From the NCBI RefSeq assembly GCF_042660085.1, contig NZ_JBHSTI010000008.1, positions 1,050,001 through 1,082,000 on the forward strand: 32,000 nucleotides of DNA, written 5' to 3'. How positions within the stretch are numbered: the stretch's first letter is position 1; each line of letters begins with the position of its first letter. The stretch is from Longivirga aurantiaca (GTDB lineage Bacteria; Actinomycetota; Actinomycetes; S36-B12; CAIYMF01). Positions 1 through 8,391 of the stretch are shown here, in pieces. Under the pieces are notes generated by a model that saw only the letters and a list, made by a program, of their open reading frames with translations, made no database searches and had not been told where the DNA came from. Both the position numbers and the translations under genes were made by a program.

Positions 1-42
1 CTGGGAGACGACGGATCCACAGATGGTGCGCCGTGCCGACGG

Positions 43-510
43 TCAGGTGGCGGTGACCTGCGGCGCGTCGACGTGGCCGGCGACAACCTTGGCGTCGTTC
101 GTCACCGCGATGTCGATGCGGCGCGGCTTGGCCTTCTCCGCCACGGGGATCGACACGGTGAGCACGCCATTCTCATAGGTCGCCGAGATGCCGTCGGTGT
201 CGACGCCCTCGCCGAGGGAGAGCTGGCGCATGTAGCTGCCGGTGAAGCGCTCGCTCGCGAGCCACTCGACCGACTCCTCGGTGCGGCCGCTGCGCTCGGC
301 GCGGATGGTGAGCGTGCCGTTGTCCACGTGGACGTCGACGGAGCCCGGGTCGACGCCCGGGAGGTCGGCGTGCAGCACGTAGTGGTCGCCGGACTTGTAG
401 AGGTCCATCGGCATGAAGCGCGGTGCGCGCGGGGAGCCTGCCGGGACTCCGAGCATCTGCTCGGTCAGCCGGTCCAGGTCACGGAACGGGTCGAAACGAA
501 GCACGGCCAT
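43..510 (-). CDS. Hsp20/alpha-crystallin family small heat-shock protein
   Basis: Translation MAVLRFDPFRDLDRLTEQMLG...YVLHADLPGVDPGSVDVHVDNGTLTIRAERS...GSYMRQLSLGEGVDTDGISATYENGVLTVSIPVAEKAKPRRIDI has typical alpha-crystallin features. Internal ATG at 510 preferred over the ORF start at 540. Confidence 0.95.
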   Translation of the reverse strand: MAVLRFDPFRDLDRLTEQMLGVPAGSPRAPRFMPMDLYKSGDHYVLHADLPGVDPGSVDVHVDNGTLTIRAERSGRTEESVEWLASERFTGSYMRQLSLGEGVDTDGISATYENGVLTVSIPVAEKAKPRRIDIAVTNDAKVVAGHVDAPQVTAT

Positions 511-835
511 GGTGACCTCCTTGGGCGCTGTTCGTGCCACCCCACCACCGCGGTGAGGCGGCTCCGTGCACGGCTCAGATTAGCAGTCGGCACCGGAGAG
601 TGCCAAGTGGTACGACGCCCGCGATCCGATGCGGCACACCAGGTATGGGTCACCGTCTGCCCGATCAGGGGGCCGAGTCGACGCGTTCCGTGCGGCCGTC
701 CGCGTGGTGCCGCATGAGGGGGCCGGCGTCGTCGTTCGGCGCCGTCGTACAGATCTGCTGCCACGAGGATCGATCCCCGGTCGGGCGACCTCGCCGACCT
801 CCTCGTGCTCGGGCGTGAACCAGAACCGAGCATGG

Positions 836-872
836 CCGGACACCACGAGGCGGGAGGCCTCGTGGTGTCCGG
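836..872. repeat. Perfect 16-bp inverted repeat, 5-nt loop
   Basis: ccggacaccacgaggc-gggag-gcctcgtggtgtccgg read directly. Could be a factor-independent terminator without a T tract. Confidence 0.75.
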
Positions 873-1086
873 TCCGGGGTGGAGAACTAGAGGCGGCGCA
901 GCACCGCGACGAGCGTGCCGACGCACGGCGACCGGTGAGCGGCTCACGAGGCGGTGGTCGGATCGGCGGCGCGTCCGACCCCTGCGCCCCGCCGGCCGGG
1001 GACGGGTCCGCGGTCGTGCGCAGGGGGCGGCGCCGCATCGCGTAGAGGGGGAGATGCGGCGCCGCGTCGGGGACGTCCGAGGACGT

Positions 1087-1854
1087 CTACATGCTGGCCA
1101 GGATGGCCCGCTCGGCCACGTCGGGGCCGCCGGACATCCAGTAGGCGATGCCGGCCCGCTCGGCCACGTCGGGACCGCCGGACAGCACCGGGACGAGCCC
1201 TGCGCGCTCGGCCACGTCGGGGCCACCGGACTTCCAGTAGCCCGGCACCGAGGTCTTCGCGAGGATCGCGCGCTCGGCCACGTCGGGGCCGCCGGACAGC
1301 ACCGGGACGAGCCCTGCGCGCTCGGCCACGTCGGGGCCGCCGGACATCCAGTAGCCCGGCACCGAGGTCTTCGCGAGGATCGCGCGCTCGGCCACGTCGG
1401 GACCGCCGGACATGCCGTCATCGAGGGCGGCCGCCAGGGCCATGCGCTCGAGACCGGCGCGCTCCGCGACGTCGACACCGCCGGGGAGCAGGTACTCGAT
1501 GCCCGCGCGCTCGGCCACGTCGGGTCCGCCCGACATGTCCGTGACGACGGGGATGAGCGTGACAGGCGCCGGCGCCGGAGGCGCGGGCGGCTGGGTCTGG
1601 GTCGTCGACATCAGCTGGATCACGATCGCCGCGACCACCATGCCGACGAGGACGACGATGATGAGCCCGACCAGGATCGGGGAGGGACGCGCCGCCGGGG
1701 CGGGCGTCGGAGTCGTGCCGACGGGCGGAATCGTCGGGGACACCTCCACCTTGGGGGTGTCCGTGAGCGCGTGCAGCGACGAGATGTCGTCCGGGACGAC
1801 GGGCTGCTCGTGCAGGGTGTCGAACTCATGCGGGTTCTGCGTGGGAGTACTCAT
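1087..1854 (-). CDS. Single-pass membrane protein with C-terminal (G)GPDVAERA repeats
   Basis: N-terminal polar/Pro-rich region, TM segment ILVGLIIVVLVGMVVAAIVIQLM, PPAPPAPAP linker, then 8 copies of G(P/V)DVAERA(G/I)(L/I). Confidence 0.75.
   Translation of the reverse strand: MSTPTQNPHEFDTLHEQPVVPDDISSLHALTDTPKVEVSPTIPPVGTTPTPAPAARPSPILVGLIIVVLVGMVVAAIVIQLMSTTQTQPPAPPAPAPVTLIPVVTDMSGGPDVAERAGIEYLLPGGVDVAERAGLERMALAAALDDGMSGGPDVAERAILAKTSVPGYWMSGGPDVAERAGLVPVLSGGPDVAERAILAKTSVPGYWKSGGPDVAERAGLVPVLSGGPDVAERAGIAYWMSGGPDVAERAILASM
1181..1408 (-). repeat. Two near-identical 114-bp (38-aa) tandem DNA repeats inside the repeat protein
   Basis: gacagcaccgggacgagccctgcgcgctcggccacgtcgggg... begins at 1181 and again at 1295. 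Differences in the second copy are few. Confidence 0.85.
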
Positions 1855-2114
1855 GACGACCTCCCAGGTCGCGACGCCGATTCCCTGGCGTCCAGCTCAA
1901 GGATAGATCGCGGCCGAGGTCGTAGCGCGCCGGGCGAGCCCGGGCGCCGGGTGCTGCTGGGGCCCGCCCGACCCGCACGCGCCGAGGGCCGAGAACCAGA
2001 TCGGTTCACGGCCCTCGGGGTACGAAGCGGGAGGCTTCGTGATCTGTGGACGCCCTGGATGGCGGATGTCGTCGGCGGGACAGGCGTCCGCCATCCGGAG
2101 CGGGGAGGTGGGAG

Positions 2115-2831
2115 CTAGAGGCGGCGCAGCACCGCGACGACCTTGCCGACGATGCGGGCGTGGTCGCCGTCGATGGGGGAGAAGTCCTTGTTGGCCGGCA
2201 GCAGCTTCACGTGCCCGTTCTTCTTCTGGAACGTCTTCACGGTGGCCTCGTCGTCGAGCATCGCGGCGACGATGTCGCCGTTGACGGCGTCGGGCTGCGA
2301 GCGCACGACCACCCAGTCGCCGTCGCAGATCGCGGCCTCGATCATCGACTCGCCGACGACCTTGAGCAGGAACAGCTCGCCGTCGCCCACGAGCGACTTC
2401 GGCAGCGGGAAGACCTCCTCGATCGCCTGCTCGGCGAGGATCGGCCCACCGGCGGCGATGCGGCCGATGACGGGCACGTACGACGCCTCCGGCATCGAGT
2501 CGCCGATGCCGGTGACGTCGTGGCTCTCGCTCGGGTCGACGACCTCCATCGCGCGGGGGAGCCGCGGGTCGCGCCGGATGTAGCCCTTCTTCTCCAGCGC
2601 CGCGAGCTGATGCGCCACGGACGACGGCGACGTGAGCCCGACCGCCTCGCCGATCTCGCGCATCGACGGCGGGTAGCCGCGCGTCTCGATGGCGGTACGG
2701 ATCATGTCGAGCACGATCCGCTGGCGGACGGTGAGCCCGTCGGCGTCGGGAAGGCCCTCGGGCACGGGGATCTCGACGACCTTGGGCCGTCCGGCCTTGC
2801 GCCGGGGTGCCGGAGTGTCGCTGACTGCCAT
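2115..2831 (-). CDS. lexA: LexA repressor
   Basis: [60 protein letters not shown]; [17 protein letters not shown] cleavage region; [27 protein letters not shown] catalytic Ser; Lys region DDEATVKTF. Confidence 0.97.
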   Translation of the reverse strand: MAVSDTPAPRRKAGRPKVVEIPVPEGLPDADGLTVRQRIVLDMIRTAIETRGYPPSMREIGEAVGLTSPSSVAHQLAALEKKGYIRRDPRLPRAMEVVDPSESHDVTGIGDSMPEASYVPVIGRIAAGGPILAEQAIEEVFPLPKSLVGDGELFLLKVVGESMIEAAICDGDWVVVRSQPDAVNGDIVAAMLDDEATVKTFQKKNGHVKLLPANKDFSPIDGDHARIVGKVVAVLRRL

Positions 2832-2994
2832 GGGATTCCCCTTCAGTAGCGGTGGAGCGTGTGGGCCGTGGCCTGGCCCGGCGCCCACCAGCGCCGTCCT
2901 GACCGGACTGTCGGACCCCCTCAGCAGACTGCGGAAGCACGGGGAAACGAGCTTCCGAAGCCCCATCGGGCGTCCGGGAGACACGCTAGCCCGT

Positions 2995-3010
2995 TCGAAC
3001 ACGCGTATCA
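2995..3010. promoter_or_regulatory. Candidate LexA (SOS) box upstream of lexA
   Basis: tcgaacacgcgtatca; fits the actinobacterial TCGAAC-N4-GTTCGA pattern imperfectly in the right half. Confidence 0.6.
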
Positions 3011-3071
3011 AACATCTGTACGGAAATGCTCGACACGGCGTGTCTCGGATGCTAGAAATCATACAGACGTT

Positions 3072-3087
3072 CCGAACACCCGTTCGA
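3072..3087. promoter_or_regulatory. Candidate LexA (SOS) box upstream of the LysM protein gene
   Basis: ccgaacacccgttcga; one mismatch to TCGAAC-N4-GTTCGA. Confidence 0.75.
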
Positions 3088-3131
3088 CCGCTCGACCACC
3101 GCTCAGCTCGGTTTCGCACCAGGAGGCAGAC

Positions 3132-3497
3132 ATGGCCACGATCTCGATCTCGGCTCCGGCGCTCTACAGCCGCCCGGCATCCCGTACGTCGTCCCCTGTC
3201 CGCCTCACCGACCGCGGCCGCCGCCTGGCGCGCACTGCGGTCGTGCTCCTGGCACTGCTCACGGTGCTCGCGTTCGGCCTCGCCGGCCGGATGCCCGCCA
3301 GCGCAGGGGATTCCGCGCCTGTCGCGGCCACGACCACGGTCGTCGTGCAGCCCGGCCAGACGCTGTGGGGGATCGCGCAGACCGTCGCGCCGAACGACGA
3401 CGTCCGCGCCACGATCGAGCGCCTGGTGTCCCTGAACAACCTCGAGGGCACCACGGTCGTCCCCGGCCAGAAGCTCGTCGTCCCCGCGGCCGGCTGA
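3132..3497 (+). CDS. Membrane-anchored LysM-domain protein, likely SOS-induced cell-division/cell-wall regulator (ChiZ/DivS/YneA-like by position)
   Basis: AGGAGG upstream of ATG; TM segment [17 protein letters not shown]; Lys[53 protein letters not shown]; divergent from lexA. Confidence 0.85.
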   Translation: MATISISAPALYSRPASRTSSPVRLTDRGRRLARTAVVLLALLTVLAFGLAGRMPASAGDSAPVAATTTVVVQPGQTLWGIAQTVAPNDDVRATIERLVSLNNLEGTTVVPGQKLVVPAAG

Positions 3498-3502
3498 TCC
3501 CC

Positions 3503-3670
3503 GTGCGCATCGCCACGGACGACCTCGGCGTGGTCGCGTTCGTGCTGCCGCAGCACGCGAACCGCGAGTTCGACCTGCACGAGTGGCCCGATGGCTCGTT
3601 CAGCCTCGAGCTGGTCGACGATTCGGCCGACCAGGCCGCGGAGGCGACGTACGACCTGCGCTCCGCCTGA
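3503..3670 (+). CDS. Small hypothetical protein (55 aa)
   Basis: ORF with GTG start, [55 protein letters not shown]; downstream of the LysM gene. Confidence 0.4.
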   Translation: MRIATDDLGVVAFVLPQHANREFDLHEWPDGSFSLELVDDSADQAAEATYDLRSA

Positions 3671-3848
3671 CCCCGATGCCCCGAGACCAGGCGGGCGCAA
3701 GCGCCGGCGTTCGGGGCTCTCGCGGGTCGCCGGCCGACGGCTTCCGTGCCTGCCGGCCAGGACGAGCACCAGCCTCTGCGGCTACCGTGGTCGTGAGTGC
3801 GTTCCTCCGGGTCCCGCGCTGGGCGGGCTGGACGCATGGGGGTGCTCC

Positions 3849-5006
3849 ATGGTCATCGAACCGTCCATCGCCCCTGCTCCGCAGATCCGTGTCGAGCAGG
3901 CACCTCGCGCCGAGCGGCCCACGGCGCCCAACGGGCCGCAGGCGGCATCGGGCACGGGTGGCCGCCGCCTGCGCATCGGCATCATCGCCCCTCCGTGGGT
4001 GCCCGTGCCGCCTGTCGGCTACGGAGGCACCGAGCTCGTGGTCGACACCCTCGCGCGCGGCCTCACCGACGACGGCCACCACGTCACCCTCGTGGCCACC
4101 GCCGACTCGCAGTGCCCCGTCCACCGGCTGTGGGTGTTCGAGACCGCCCCCACACCGATGAACACCACGGCCGAGGAGCTGCGCCACGTGCAGGGTGCCT
4201 ACGACGCGCTCGCCGGCGAGGTCGACGTCATCCATGACCACACGGCTGTCGGCCCGCTGTGGGCACGGGCGGCCGGGGTCGGGACCCCCGTCGTCTCGAC
4301 CGCGCACGGCCCCATCACCGACCTCAACCGGGGCCTCTACGCGCTCACCGGGAAGAGCGCCCGGCTGACAGCCATCTCGCGCCGCCAGCAGGAGCTCGCG
4401 TGCGGCCTGCCCTTCCGCGACGTCATCCACCACGGCCTCGACCCCGCCCGCTTCGACCCGGGCCCCGGCGACGGCGGCTACCTCATGTTCGTCGGCCGGA
4501 TGTCGGCGACGAAGGGCGTGCGCGACGCGGTGCTGATCGCGAAGGGCGCCGGGCTGCCGATCGTCGTGGCGTGCAAGATGCGCGAGGAGGTCGAGCTCGC
4601 GTACTTCGACGAGCACGTGCGTCCCCTCGTCGACCGCGACGTCATCCTGCTCGGGGAGCTCGCACCGACCGAGCGCGACGCGCTGCTGAGGAGGGCGGTC
4701 GCGCTGGTCAACCCGATCGCATGGGAGGAGCCGTTCGGCCTCGTCATGACCGAGGCGCTCGCCCTCGGCACGCCGGCCATCGTCACCCCGCGCGGCGCGG
4801 CGCCCGAGATCATCACCGACGGCGTCACCGGCTTCGTCGTCGACGACGTCGAGCAGGGGATCGCGGCGGTGGCACGCATCGGGGAGATCGACCGGGGGAA
4901 GTGCCGGGCAGCGGTCGAGGGCTACTTCTCGATGCGCCGCATGGTGTCGGAGTACGAAGCCCTGTACGCCGACGTCATCGCGAAGCACGCGGTGGCGGTG
5001 CCGTGA
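3849..5006 (+). CDS. Family 4 (GT-B) glycosyltransferase
   Basis: RIGIIAPPWVPVPPVGYGGTELVVDTLARGL; DVIHDHTA; HGLDPARFDPGPGDGGYLMFVGRMSATKGVRDAVLIAKGAGLPIVVA; EEPFGLVMTEALALGTPAIVTPRGAAPEII. Confidence 0.93.
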   Translation: MVIEPSIAPAPQIRVEQAPRAERPTAPNGPQAASGTGGRRLRIGIIAPPWVPVPPVGYGGTELVVDTLARGLTDDGHHVTLVATADSQCPVHRLWVFETAPTPMNTTAEELRHVQGAYDALAGEVDVIHDHTAVGPLWARAAGVGTPVVSTAHGPITDLNRGLYALTGKSARLTAISRRQQELACGLPFRDVIHHGLDPARFDPGPGDGGYLMFVGRMSATKGVRDAVLIAKGAGLPIVVACKMREEVELAYFDEHVRPLVDRDVILLGELAPTERDALLRRAVALVNPIAWEEPFGLVMTEALALGTPAIVTPRGAAPEIITDGVTGFVVDDVEQGIAAVARIGEIDRGKCRAAVEGYFSMRRMVSEYEALYADVIAKHAVAVP

Positions 5007-7177
5007 GCGCGGGCTGGTTCGAGCCGCTCAGCACGCCGGCGGCCGCGACCGACCAGTCGTCGAACGTGACGCTGGTCGAGGGCTCGAGCTTCAGCCTGAG
5101 CACCGGCGTCGGCAACATCGTGCCCGGTGGCACGTTCGGCCTCTACGTCCGCGACCTGCGGGTGCTGTCGCAGTGGATCCTCGAGGTCGACGGCGAACGG
5201 CTGGAGCCCTTGTCGCACATCCAGTCCGACCTGTTCCAGGCCTCGTTCGTCACGATGGTGAAGCCCTCGACCGGTGCCACCGAGAGCACGCTCGTCCTGG
5301 TGCGCGAGCGCGAGGTCGGCGACGGGATGCGCGAGAGGATCACCCTGCGCAGCTTCAACCCCGAGGCCACCGCGGTCGCGCTCGAGCTGCACGTCGGCGT
5401 CGACTTCGCGGGCCTCTTCGAGGTCAAGCTGGGTCGGGCGCTCACCCGTCACCACCACCTCCAGGCCTCCTGCGACGCCACGTCGCTGCAGTTCCGCGCC
5501 GACCGCTCCGAGCAGGCGACCACCGTGAACGTCGTCGTCGACGACGACCCCGGCCCAGCCGCGGCGACGAGGAGGCTGTCGCCCGGACGGATCCTCTGGA
5601 ACGTCGTCATCCCGGCGCGCGGCGAGTGGAGCACCACGCTGTCGGTCGAGCCGGTGATCCGCGGCGTCCGGCTGGCGCCGGCGGTGCACGACGAGTCGAG
5701 CACCGAGTCGCTGGCGGCGTCGCGCGCTCGGATGTGGCGCGAGTCGTCGCCCGACCTCGAGACGCCCGACGACGACCTCGAGCGCACGCTGCGCACGAGC
5801 GTCGCCGACCTCGGCTCGCTGCGGATCTTCGACGTCGACCACCCCACCCGCGCGATCCCGGCCGCAGGCGCCCCGTGGTTCATGGCGCTGTTCGGCCGCG
5901 ACAGCCTGCTCACCTCGTGGATGGCGCTGCCGCTCGACCCGTCGCTCGCGCTGGGCACCGTCCAGGCGCTCGCCGAGGCGCAGGGGGAGGCGGTGAACCC
6001 GCTGACCGACGAGCAGCCCGGCCGGATCCTGCACGAGCGCCGCTACGGCACGTCGGTCACCGACGTCCACGGCGACGGCGAGCACCTCTACTACGGCACC
6101 GCCGACGCCACCCCGCTGTTCGTGATGCTCGTGGGCGAGATGCTCCGCTGGGGCATCCCGGAGCGGAAGCTGGCCGACGTGCTCCCGGCTGTCGACCGCG
6201 CGCTCGACTGGGTCGCGACGTACGGCGACGCCGACGGTGACGGCTTCGTCGAGTACCGCCGCGGCACCGACCACGGGCTGCGCAACCAGGGCTGGAAGGA
6301 CTCCTTCGACGGCATCAACTTCGCCGGCGGGCGCCTGGCCGAGCCGCCGATCGCGCTCTGCGAGGTGCAGGCCTACGTCTACGGCGCCTACCTCGCGCGT
6401 GCCCACATCGCCCGCGAGCAGGGCGACGACGCCACCCGGGAGCGCTACTCCGACCTGGCCGGCGCCCTCAAGCGCCGGTTCAACGACACCTACTGGCTGC
6501 CCGAGCGGGGCTGGTACGCCGTGGCCCTCGACGGTGACAAGGCGCCCGTCGACTCCCTCGCCTCCAACATGGGCCACTGCCTCTGGACCGGCATCGTCGA
6601 CGAGGACAAGGCGGCATCGGTGGTCGGGCACCTGATGAGCCCGGAGATGTTCACCGGCTGGGGCGTGCGCACCCTCGCGACCACGATGGGCGCCTACAAC
6701 CCGCTCGGCTACCACAACGGCAGCGTGTGGCCGCACGACAACGCGATCATCGCCGCCGGCATGGCCCGCTACGGCTTCGTCGAGGAGGCGCAGGCGGTCG
6801 CCATCGGCATCCTCGACGCCGCAGCGAGCTTCGGGGGCCGGCTGCCCGAGCTCTTCTGCGGCTTCGACCGCACCGAGTACGCCGCCCCGGTGCCGTTCCC
6901 GACGTCCTGCTCCCCGCAGGCCTGGGCCGCGGCCTCGCCGCTGATGCTCATGCGGTCGCTGTTCCGGCTCGAGCCGTCGGTGTCCAAGGGGCAGGTGCGG
7001 GTCGCTCCGATCCTGCCCGCGCGCTACCTGCCCATGTCGCTGCGCAACATCATCATCGGCGGCTCCCGCGTGACCCTCTCGACCGACGGCTCGACCGTGG
7101 CGCTCGACGGCCTCCCGGAGGGCGTGAGGGCCACCGAGGTGCCGAGGGCCCCCCTCTCCTCGCTGCACGAGCACTGA
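5003..7177 (+). CDS. Amylo-alpha-1,6-glucosidase / glycogen-debranching N-terminal domain protein
   Basis: GTG start overlaps the upstream stop by 4 bp. GGTFGLYVRDLRVLSQWILEVDGERLEPL; AAGAPWFMALFGRDSLLTSWMALPLDPSLALGTVQALAEAQG; GLRNQGWKDSFDGINFAGG; YHNGSVWPHDNAIIAAGMARYG; CSPQAWAAASPLMLMRSLF. Confidence 0.92.
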   Translation: MSAGWFEPLSTPAAATDQSSNVTLVEGSSFSLSTGVGNIVPGGTFGLYVRDLRVLSQWILEVDGERLEPLSHIQSDLFQASFVTMVKPSTGATESTLVLVREREVGDGMRERITLRSFNPEATAVALELHVGVDFAGLFEVKLGRALTRHHHLQASCDATSLQFRADRSEQATTVNVVVDDDPGPAAATRRLSPGRILWNVVIPARGEWSTTLSVEPVIRGVRLAPAVHDESSTESLAASRARMWRESSPDLETPDDDLERTLRTSVADLGSLRIFDVDHPTRAIPAAGAPWFMALFGRDSLLTSWMALPLDPSLALGTVQALAEAQGEAVNPLTDEQPGRILHERRYGTSVTDVHGDGEHLYYGTADATPLFVMLVGEMLRWGIPERKLADVLPAVDRALDWVATYGDADGDGFVEYRRGTDHGLRNQGWKDSFDGINFAGGRLAEPPIALCEVQAYVYGAYLARAHIAREQGDDATRERYSDLAGALKRRFNDTYWLPERGWYAVALDGDKAPVDSLASNMGHCLWTGIVDEDKAASVVGHLMSPEMFTGWGVRTLATTMGAYNPLGYHNGSVWPHDNAIIAAGMARYGFVEEAQAVAIGILDAAASFGGRLPELFCGFDRTEYAAPVPFPTSCSPQAWAAASPLMLMRSLFRLEPSVSKGQVRVAPILPARYLPMSLRNIIIGGSRVTLSTDGSTVALDGLPEGVRATEVPRAPLSSLHEH

Positions 7178-7652
7178 CCCGTGCCCGGGGGTGCGCGACC
7201 ACCGGATCTAGGGGCACGGCGTACGGCGCGGCACCAGATGGTGGGGTCGCGACACGCCGACGACACGCCGACCCCGGCCCCGATTTCGACCGGGCCAACG
7301 GCACGCGAACGGGTCGAAAACCCAGCAATCTCAGGCGTGTCGCGCACCCGCCCACGACGACCAAGATCACGCCCGGAAACCGGCCGCGGCGAGCCTTGCG
7401 GACTGTCGGAGGTGGGGTCTACGGTTCCCCTACATCTAGTAGTTACACCGCTGTAAGTCATCCACAGGTAGTGGTTGCCGGGTCAACAGGTTGCGAACAC
7501 CTTGCCCCCAGCTTCTCCACAGATCCGTGCACAGGCAGCCAGCAAACCGGGTCAAACCGGACACGAAGAACCCCCGAACATCCGCACCACGGCACCGCTG
7601 CGCACAGCCCGAGAAGACCGGGCCCACGACGAGAGGGAAGGAGGCGGCCACG

Positions 7653-8186
7653 ATGCACTGCCCGTTCTGCCGCCACACCGACTCCCGCGTCGTCGACTCC
7701 CGCAGCGACGGCGACGGCACGAGCATCCGCCGTCGCCGGCAGTGCCCGGAATGCGGCAAGCGCTTCACCACGGCCGAGACGGTCACGCTCACGGTCGTGA
7801 AGCGCAACGGCGTCACCGAGCCGTTCAGCCGCGCCAAGGTCGCCAGCGGCGTCCGCAAGGCGTGCCAGGGCCGTCCGGTGAGCGAGGACGACCTCGCGCT
7901 GCTGGCCCAGGCGGTGGAGGAGGCCGTCCGCGCGAGCGGGTGCGCCGAGATCGGCAGCCACGACGTCGGCCTCGCGATCCTCGGCCCGCTGCGCGACCTC
8001 GACGAGATCGCCTACCTGCGGTTCGCGAGCGTCTACCGGGCGTACGAGGGCCTCGAGGACTTCGAGGCCGAGATCGCCCTCCTGCGCGCCGAGCGAGAGC
8101 TCGGGCCCGATCTTCGCACCGGCCGCCGAGAGGCCGCCGGACGCGAGCGCGACCGTGCTGACGAGCTCAGCACCACCTCGCCCTGA
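7653..8186 (+). CDS. nrdR: Transcriptional repressor NrdR
   Basis: [44 protein letters not shown] plus ATP-cone region, directly upstream of nrdJ. Confidence 0.97.
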   Translation: MHCPFCRHTDSRVVDSRSDGDGTSIRRRRQCPECGKRFTTAETVTLTVVKRNGVTEPFSRAKVASGVRKACQGRPVSEDDLALLAQAVEEAVRASGCAEIGSHDVGLAILGPLRDLDEIAYLRFASVYRAYEGLEDFEAEIALLRAERELGPDLRTGRREAAGRERDRADELSTTSP

Positions 8187-8391
8187 TCCGCGTTTCAGGG
8201 CCCCCACCAGAACCACGGCTCCTTCCCCTGCCGGTACGACCGCGCACGACCTGAAAGACCAGCAGGACCGCATACAGGAAGACCGCGAGAACACAGCAGT
8301 TCCAGGGCATATGGGCACTGCACCAGACGTTGAACAAGCAGGACTCGAACAAGCTCCCCACGGGGGATCGAGCCGGTCAGTGGAGGAACGC

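Noticed and set aside
887-940. lexA-like fragment as a second lexA pseudogene
   Set aside because: Only about 18 codons before a stop; too short to call a pseudogene, so kept as a DNA duplication only.
541-1086. ORFs 580-1038 (-), 629-1045 (+), 465-1478 (-) as genes
   Set aside because: Low-complexity composition, conflicting frames, a 16-bp hairpin within the region, and no recognisable domain.
1087-1460. Repeats as a CRISPR array
   Set aside because: Units are coding repeats (multiples of 3 nt, conserved protein frame), with no regular unique spacers and no cas genes.
7606-7625. agcccgagaagaccgggccc as a B12-box of a cobalamin riboswitch before nrdR
   Set aside because: Only loose similarity to the B12 box, very close to the start codon and no recognisable upstream riboswitch core. 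A covariance-model (Infernal/Rfam) scan would decide.
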